A stretch of DNA of 64,000 nt, from the NCBI GenBank assembly GCA_965140445.1, contig OZ223236.1:4960001-5024000 (forward strand). Reading direction: 5' to 3'. The notes under the pieces were generated by a model that saw only the letters and a program-made list of their open reading frames with translations, was not told where the DNA came from and did not search any database. Made by a program: the position numbers and the translations under genes. This document shows, one piece after another, positions 59,201 through 64,000 of the stretch. Numbering within the stretch: the stretch's first letter is position 1; each line of letters starts with the position of its first letter. The stretch comes from Candidatus Ozemobacteraceae bacterium. Its GTDB lineage: Bacteria; Muiribacteriota; Ozemobacteria; Ozemobacterales; Ozemobacteraceae.

Positions 59201-59346
59201 CGATGGCCATAGATCAATCTCTTGGAAGTGAGCAACGTTCTGGAATTGGGATTGCGGCAATTGGAGGCTTATTAATCTCAACCATTTTCACTATGATCGT
59301 ACTTCCGATAATGTTTAACCTAGCCAATAAAAATACAAAAGCCTGA
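56272..59346 (+). CDS. AcrB-like RND permease with atypical TM4
   Basis: YPGASPAEIE, GILVTNSIVVLE, GIVVNNAIL, RMRAIVMITL. Confidence 0.92.
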   Translation: MGLIDFSVKRYVAIFCLIIALTGLGLNSYRKLPLEELPKTDMPYVTVFTIYPGASPAEIETDIAKPIEDAVGTIDGLKNITSSCMENACQTLLEFNIGVDFDQAANDVREKVDLILNNFPDGVGKPKILKFDVNAQPIINLAVTGEIPLIDLYDYVDNEFADKLSSIPGVADIQLIGGAKQRISIELDRSALAARNLTSLDIVKAIKSEIKLIPSGRVRHEGQEFSIKFDADYKEISEIEDLEIANTNAQRCYLRDVAKVILSTEELRQLATVNGKSCIAVKIVKKAEANAVEVVKRVKEQIAKLKATLPGGVEVIWVSDMGNYIQASVDSAVSNIWQGILLTSVLMFFFLYNFRSTIIVAITMPLTIICGLFMLYLLAYSLNTCTLLALGLSIGILVTNSIVVLESIVSKLQKGDSPASASINGTKEVLIAILASAGTNVVVLFPVSLMKGQIGQFFIPFALTMVGITGISLIISFTLTPATSGQLLKEKTDSDNTETGLLLKMEKAWNSAFDFMVAGFTSFIQKIFRKRVLSILILFISALLLLQSLSLVPAIGFSFIPRTDRGELVLKLEFPTSYSLEATRERVKEINESLINLPYIKNRLVTIGKIDGTVGQTSEGVHLAQILCIFSDKNQRNQGIEELADLVRKKVENLPDLIATVTLPDSVGAGADLKMVIKGPDFSELDRLGLAVAKESIKLDEIVDVDTSIRPGKPEIRVTPRRAILSDLKIPATMLGMMLRTNIEGANAGTFKKNSRTYDIVVKLKEKQGLEQIASLELPGMAGHPVILENFADVTRKIASVLITRRNKERASVIYSNLKKGAPLGTAADKVANILEKQIQLPPGYSYEFFGKIEAMKEGQRDFLEVGITAFLLTYLLLCSILNSFKRPIIILLTIPLGLMGSLWSLYLTGESISMMVLLGSVMLIGIVVNNAILIMDKVQEEMESGITPEEAMLNALRSRMRAIVMITLAAILGMLPMAIDQSLGSEQRSGIGIAAIGGLLISTIFTMIVLPIMFNLANKNTKA

Positions 59347-59361
59347 TTCGAAAGAATAGAA

Positions 59362-59406
59362 AAAAGGCTTCAAAACTCATACTTAATAAGAGTTTTGAAG
59401 CCTTTT
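59362..59406. terminator. Bidirectional terminator
   Basis: Perfect 17-bp inverted repeat AAAAGGCTTCAAAACTC ... GAGTTTTGAAGCCTTTT between convergent genes. Confidence 0.85.
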
Positions 59407-59425
59407 GGCTTTTAAATTACTTTAT

Positions 59426-61507
59426 TTAAAACATAAACTTGAACAAATTGAAGAATTCCATCTGCATTTTCTTCATAAATTCTTTATTCCAGCTCAAAGC
59501 ATCTTCAAGGGTTATCTGTTGGCATCTTTCCAGATCTTTATAAAGAATCTGCTTGAAAACACGTGCAACTCTGAAGTCTTCAAAAGCAATGATATCTTCT
59601 GAGTCACAGGCATGGCTTCTTGAGTTCATATTGTAAGCGCCCAAAGTAACTGCAAAATCATCAAATAAACTAACTTTGGAATGCACTGTTTGTGCTCCAC
59701 GCCATTCATAAATCTCAGCACCTGCTCTTAGAACTTCTTCATAGCTGTCTCTTCCAGCCCATCCGCCACTTGGATGGTTATTGGATTCAATTGAGTTAGT
59801 TATAATTTTAACCTTAACTCCTCTTTTATTAGCTCTTCTGATCGCATCTTTAAGCTCATCAGTAGGAATAAAATAGGCTGATTCGAAGATCACTTCTTGT
59901 TTGGCACGATCAAGATAAAGAACAAACAAATCCAAAATGTTATCGTCCTGTTCTTCAATCGGCGTAGTTTTAACAAATCTACAATTTACATCTTCAACAT
60001 ATGGAGGGTTTTCAAAATAAACAGGGATTGGACCAGGAATTAAAGCAGACGTATCTTTAAGACCACTAAACTCGTTAATTTTCTGCTGAGCTTCCTTGTA
60101 TTTTTTCATTCCAGTTTCATTGAACTTCTTAAGAGTAAGTTCTTCCCAGTTATTTTCAAATAGCTTCAAGATTTCACTTACAATGGGACCCTCAAGTAAA
60201 ACATCAGTATCTCTCCAGCCATACTCCTCAATCTCACCTTTTGCATACTCGTCGCCAATGTTCATACCACCAACAACTGCAAATTTTTCATCAATAATGA
60301 AAAGTTTCTGATGAGATCGGAAATTTGCCTTAAAAATATTTTTTAGCACAGGGTTATTGATAAGAACCTCAACACCGCTATTTCTAAGACGCTGAATAAC
60401 ACCTTTTTTCTTTCCAAAAGAAAAGAAATCATCCAGAATCAACTTTACATCAACGCCATTATTCGCTCTTTCAATCATAATATCCGCAAGTTTGTTCCCT
60501 GTTTCGTCATCCTGGAACAACAGGGTCTGAACATACAAGCTGTATTGAGCTCTTTTGGCATATTCAAATCGATAATGAAAGCTGGTTCTTCCATTAACCA
60601 TTATTTTCGCTGAGTTACAAGGCAAAACTCTGGATCTTGTGATCTGATCGGCTGACCCTTTTGGGTAAGTTGCCACAACGGCCCTATCATAGTCATCCAG
60701 CATATTATCAAGCTTTCTGGCTTTAAAAAATCTGCTGGTGTTAGATACAAAATATGAGCCCAAACTAATCAGCTTTTTTGGCAATGCAAGCCAGGAAGTA
60801 GTCGAAAATTTCTGCCATCTGCTGATAGTCTGACTCTGAACAACTTTATATTCAGACCTTTTAGCAACAATTTTAGCTTTTTGTCTATACATCTTCATTC
60901 TGGCTAATGCCTGACGTCGGCTCTCAGGATCTTTATTTTTCTGGGCAAAACCAACAAGAACCTTTTGCGCTTCAGCAAGGCTTCCAGACATATCAAACAC
61001 CAGATCAGCAAGCTCAAAAGTAGCTTCTTTAACTAATTCTGGATCCTGGCAGGTTTTTATAAATTCCAAAAGCTTTTCTTTAAGCTCTTTTGCTTTCTTA
61101 CTTCTATCTGGGCTATAAAGCTCTGCCAAAAGTTTGTTAAAACTACTTCTAGCTTTTGAAACTCTACGAACAGACTGACTTGTTCCTTCTGTTGAAGAAC
61201 TCTCATCAGGGGATTGCACCTGAACACCGGGGGCGTCAGGAACTTCAAGCTTGTCGTATGTAGCATTAACGCCTATAGCTCTATAATAAGCGGCGCAAGC
61301 TTCTTTGAGACTGTCGGCCAATGCGGTAACTTTTGCTTCACTTGCCTGCGCTTTAACCGCATCAGTGTATTGCTTATGAATAGCCTGATATCGGTCAAAT
61401 AAAGTTTTCACTTCAGTTGAAGTCTGTTGAGAATAACCCGAGGTAACCCCTATAAACAGGAGAAATACAAGAGTCACAAGGACAGAATTCTTTCTGGTAT
61501 TCTTCAT
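59426..61507 (-). CDS. Phospholipase D superfamily (cardiolipin synthase-like) protein with long N-terminal helical extension
   Basis: Two HKD motifs (HQKLFIID..GGMNIG and HSKVSLFD..GAYN), WRDTD, ESAYFIP, signal peptide. Confidence 0.85.
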   Translation of the reverse strand: MKNTRKNSVLVTLVFLLFIGVTSGYSQQTSTEVKTLFDRYQAIHKQYTDAVKAQASEAKVTALADSLKEACAAYYRAIGVNATYDKLEVPDAPGVQVQSPDESSSTEGTSQSVRRVSKARSSFNKLLAELYSPDRSKKAKELKEKLLEFIKTCQDPELVKEATFELADLVFDMSGSLAEAQKVLVGFAQKNKDPESRRQALARMKMYRQKAKIVAKRSEYKVVQSQTISRWQKFSTTSWLALPKKLISLGSYFVSNTSRFFKARKLDNMLDDYDRAVVATYPKGSADQITRSRVLPCNSAKIMVNGRTSFHYRFEYAKRAQYSLYVQTLLFQDDETGNKLADIMIERANNGVDVKLILDDFFSFGKKKGVIQRLRNSGVEVLINNPVLKNIFKANFRSHQKLFIIDEKFAVVGGMNIGDEYAKGEIEEYGWRDTDVLLEGPIVSEILKLFENNWEELTLKKFNETGMKKYKEAQQKINEFSGLKDTSALIPGPIPVYFENPPYVEDVNCRFVKTTPIEEQDDNILDLFVLYLDRAKQEVIFESAYFIPTDELKDAIRRANKRGVKVKIITNSIESNNHPSGGWAGRDSYEEVLRAGAEIYEWRGAQTVHSKVSLFDDFAVTLGAYNMNSRSHACDSEDIIAFEDFRVARVFKQILYKDLERCQQITLEDALSWNKEFMKKMQMEFFNLFKFMF

Positions 61508-61616
61508 TATATCCACCCGAAAATTAAATTATTTTACTAATTATACTGAAAATAAGGTACACCCGCCATTAATGGCTGAAATTAAATATTCGTAAGTTTT
61601 AAACGATTTAAAATCA

Positions 61617-62603
61617 TTAACGGATCAATTTTTTTTCACTATAAAACTTTTGAGCCCCACGATGGAGCATTTCTGGCTTAATTCCCTTTAATGAATTATC
61701 TAAATATAAAGAGATTCCTGTGTCTTTCCTGATAAAATTTATGCCGTTTTTATCAAAAATCAGCTCAAGAATTTGTTCTGCCAACTGCGCATCAAGGCTT
61801 TCAGAGGTAATCAATAGCGCTCTTAACCCCATTGTTGGAACTTCAACCGATTGTCGAACATAAGAAGCAGATGGAATTATTTCTTTGGTAAAAAATGGAT
61901 AGACCTTTAAAAGCCTATCTTGAATAAACTCCGGGATAGTAACCAACCTTATCTCTGATTTAGATGCTAATCTGCTCAAACCATCAGCAGGAACCCCACC
62001 GATATAAAAAACAGCGTCTAGATAGCCATCTTTAAGGGATTCAGTAGCTTTGGTAAATCTTTCATAAATTGGATAATAATCACCAGAGCCAATTCCAGCA
62101 GCAGCAAAAATAAATTCTGCACTTACAGCACTGCCACTTCCTTTATTCCCGATTGCTATTTTTTTACCCTTTAAATCCTCAATGCTTTGTATGCCAGAAT
62201 CAGCTCTGGTAACAATTTGAATGACTTCAGAATACAAAGAAGCCATCACCCTAAGTCTTTTAAAGGGCCTTCCGGCAAAATTGTTTTCTCCATTGAAAGC
62301 CTGGAAAGCAACATCGCTCTGAACCAGAGCCATGTCAATCTGATTTCCTCTTAAATAATCAATATTTGCCACAGAGCCTTTTGTAGGTTCTGCAATAGAA
62401 ACAAAATTATCTAATTTTGAATTCAGTAAACGAGTAATCGAAGTGCCAAGAGGATAATAGGTACCATTAATACTCGCTGTTCCAAGAGAATAGAACCTTT
62501 TGACTAAATTTAAGCGATATTCCTGAGAAAAACCGCAGTTCGATATTGAAACAAAGCAAACCACAAAAATCGAAACGACTGTTAATGCCAACTTCCTATT
62601 CAT
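61617..62603 (-). CDS. TAXI-family TRAP solute-binding protein
   Basis: GTASINGTYYPLG, TKGSVANI, ALVQSD, SLYSEVIQIV, GSGS, LHRGA.KFY. Start ATG 62603 after GGAGG. Confidence 0.88.
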   Translation of the reverse strand: MNRKLALTVVSIFVVCFVSISNCGFSQEYRLNLVKRFYSLGTASINGTYYPLGTSITRLLNSKLDNFVSIAEPTKGSVANIDYLRGNQIDMALVQSDVAFQAFNGENNFAGRPFKRLRVMASLYSEVIQIVTRADSGIQSIEDLKGKKIAIGNKGSGSAVSAEFIFAAAGIGSGDYYPIYERFTKATESLKDGYLDAVFYIGGVPADGLSRLASKSEIRLVTIPEFIQDRLLKVYPFFTKEIIPSASYVRQSVEVPTMGLRALLITSESLDAQLAEQILELIFDKNGINFIRKDTGISLYLDNSLKGIKPEMLHRGAQKFYSEKKLIR

Positions 62604-63999
62604 TGTCTTCCTCCAAGCTTGAGGACCACACGGTTGTCTGGTTTCTACCATTTTTCTTACTGAAATATAGAGCTGTATCGGCCTTCCTGACGAGCTCTTC
62701 CTTTGTTTGAGCAACAGAAGGAAATTCTGCAACACCCTGGCTTATGGTAATTTTCAATTCATTTCCCGAATTATGAAGAACAAAGTTAGCAATCTTTTCT
62801 CTGAAGCGCTCAGCAAAAATCATTGCCTGCTCACAGTTTGTATGGGCCAATATCACAGCAAACTCTTCCCCTCCATATCGACAAGGAATATCGGTTGCCC
62901 TTACTGATTCCATAAGCATTCTGGAAACTTCCTTTAATACAAGATCACCAACTTGATGCCCGTATTCATCATTGAATTTTTTGAAAAAATCAATATCAAA
63001 AATAACCAGAGTAAGTGGCAAATCGAACCTCTTCGCTCTTTTCATTTCATCATCGAGACGCAATTGGAAATATCTGTGAATAAAAAGCTTTGTCAGCCCA
63101 TCAGTGATAGCTAGTTCATTTAAGCGAGCATTATCAATCGAAATTGCCAATTGATTTGCAATCGCCTGTAAAAGCTCAAGATCGTCGTCTCCAAATGGAG
63201 AATTTGTCGCCCTATCTGCAAGATTAATTACACCTATAACCCCGCCATGAACAATTAATGGGACTGAGACAAGTGTGTCAGGCGCTTTATATTTAGGATC
63301 CTTTTTATCATAATCTTTAAACCGATCATCCGCCTGACAATCCATACATAAAATAGCCTCACCAGTTTTAACCACCTGGCCAGCAATACCTTCTCCAATT
63401 TCAAATTCGATTCTCCCTGTGGGTTCAGCTTCTTCATCTGTAGCAATTTGCCCAAAGAGTTTTACACTTTCCAGTCTCAATTTCGACTTGTCATCAGATA
63501 AAAGCATTATTGAACCACGCTGAGCTAGAAAAATAGTAACAATGTGGGAAAGGCACTCATCAAGAGCCTGATGATATGTGGCTGAGCTGTTAATCAGCTG
63601 TGAAACCTTATACATAGCACTCAGTTCAAATACTTTTTTACGAATTCGAGTTGTCATTCGGTTAAAACAAATGGCAAGAAACCCTATTTCATCTTTTCTA
63701 TTTGATTTTACATTTACTCTCAAATTGCCTTCGCTCAATTCATTTGCTTTATCCGCAATTAAAATAATTGGCGAAGTAAGCCTGATACTAAAGAAGGTTC
63801 CGACGAGAAATGCAATCAAGCCGATTACAAAAATAACCATGTAAGTTCTACTTCTTATTTTCTTTGCGACAGAATAAACTTCACCAGCTTCCTGAAAAAC
63901 GAATATTCTTAAATTGTAATGAAGGATTGGTAAAGAAATACCAAGCTGAGGCGGCATATCTTCTTCAAATGAGCTAATATCATAGGCCCCACAAGGTCG
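62596..63999 (-). CDS. Membrane diguanylate cyclase (TM-HAMP-GAF-GGDEF); 5' end lies beyond the window
   Basis: DEIGFLAICFNRM, GEGIAGQV, AITDGLT, DIDFFKKFNDEYGH..GD, RATD I-site, RYGGEEF. The frame is open to the window edge. Confidence 0.9.
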   Translation of the reverse strand, partial: RPCGAYDISSFEEDMPPQLGISLPILHYNLRIFVFQEAGEVYSVAKKIRSRTYMVIFVIGLIAFLVGTFFSIRLTSPIILIADKANELSEGNLRVNVKSNRKDEIGFLAICFNRMTTRIRKKVFELSAMYKVSQLINSSATYHQALDECLSHIVTIFLAQRGSIMLLSDDKSKLRLESVKLFGQIATDEEAEPTGRIEFEIGEGIAGQVVKTGEAILCMDCQADDRFKDYDKKDPKYKAPDTLVSVPLIVHGGVIGVINLADRATNSPFGDDDLELLQAIANQLAISIDNARLNELAITDGLTKLFIHRYFQLRLDDEMKRAKRFDLPLTLVIFDIDFFKKFNDEYGHQVGDLVLKEVSRMLMESVRATDIPCRYGGEEFAVILAHTNCEQAMIFAERFREKIANFVLHNSGNELKITISQGVAEFPSVAQTKEELVRKADTALYFSKKNGRNQTTVWSSSLEEDNE

Positions 64000-64000
64000 C

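Noticed and set aside
732..63844. Many 60-175 aa ORFs in the track overlapping larger genes (e.g. 732-1031, 3673-4089, 31755-32282, 35210-35689, 53517-53969)
   Set aside because: They are antisense or off-frame shadows of well-supported CDS with no recognisable motifs.

Overview
This is AT-rich bacterial chromosomal DNA. It looks like an anaerobic diderm, since it carries a NifJ-type PFOR, a TolC and a probable outer-membrane barrel. It is densely coding, with about 47 CDS, and I saw no rRNA, tRNA, CRISPR array or transposase. From the left: (1) a minus-strand operon of a free-standing intein-like gene, pcrA, a CBM48 protein and a multi-GAF sensor that runs off the window; (2) a PfkB kinase, a GNAT, a hybrid kinase and nifJ; (3) a hit-rpsU-nfeD-nfeD-floA-yqfB-like cluster and aphA; (4) a His-rich CzcBA-type metal efflux pair, a nitroreductase and a methyltransferase; (5) a TetR-TolC-MFP-RND-PII-like operon, MATE and tlyA; (6) a 6-PAS hybrid kinase and a GT2; (7) a TetR/LolA-like/ABC/barrel module, a stand-alone Cache protein plus kinase, and a double-HhH protein; (8) a third RND system, a PLD, an orphan TAXI protein and a truncated GGDEF protein. 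The best novelty candidate is 5200-6324. It appears to be a complete intein body (Hint N half, GIY-YIG-like insert, Hint C half) that has lost all its splicing residues. It is a separate gene translationally coupled to an uninterrupted pcrA, which suggests a domesticated intein acting as a helicase partner. All calls come from reading motifs by eye; no database search was run.
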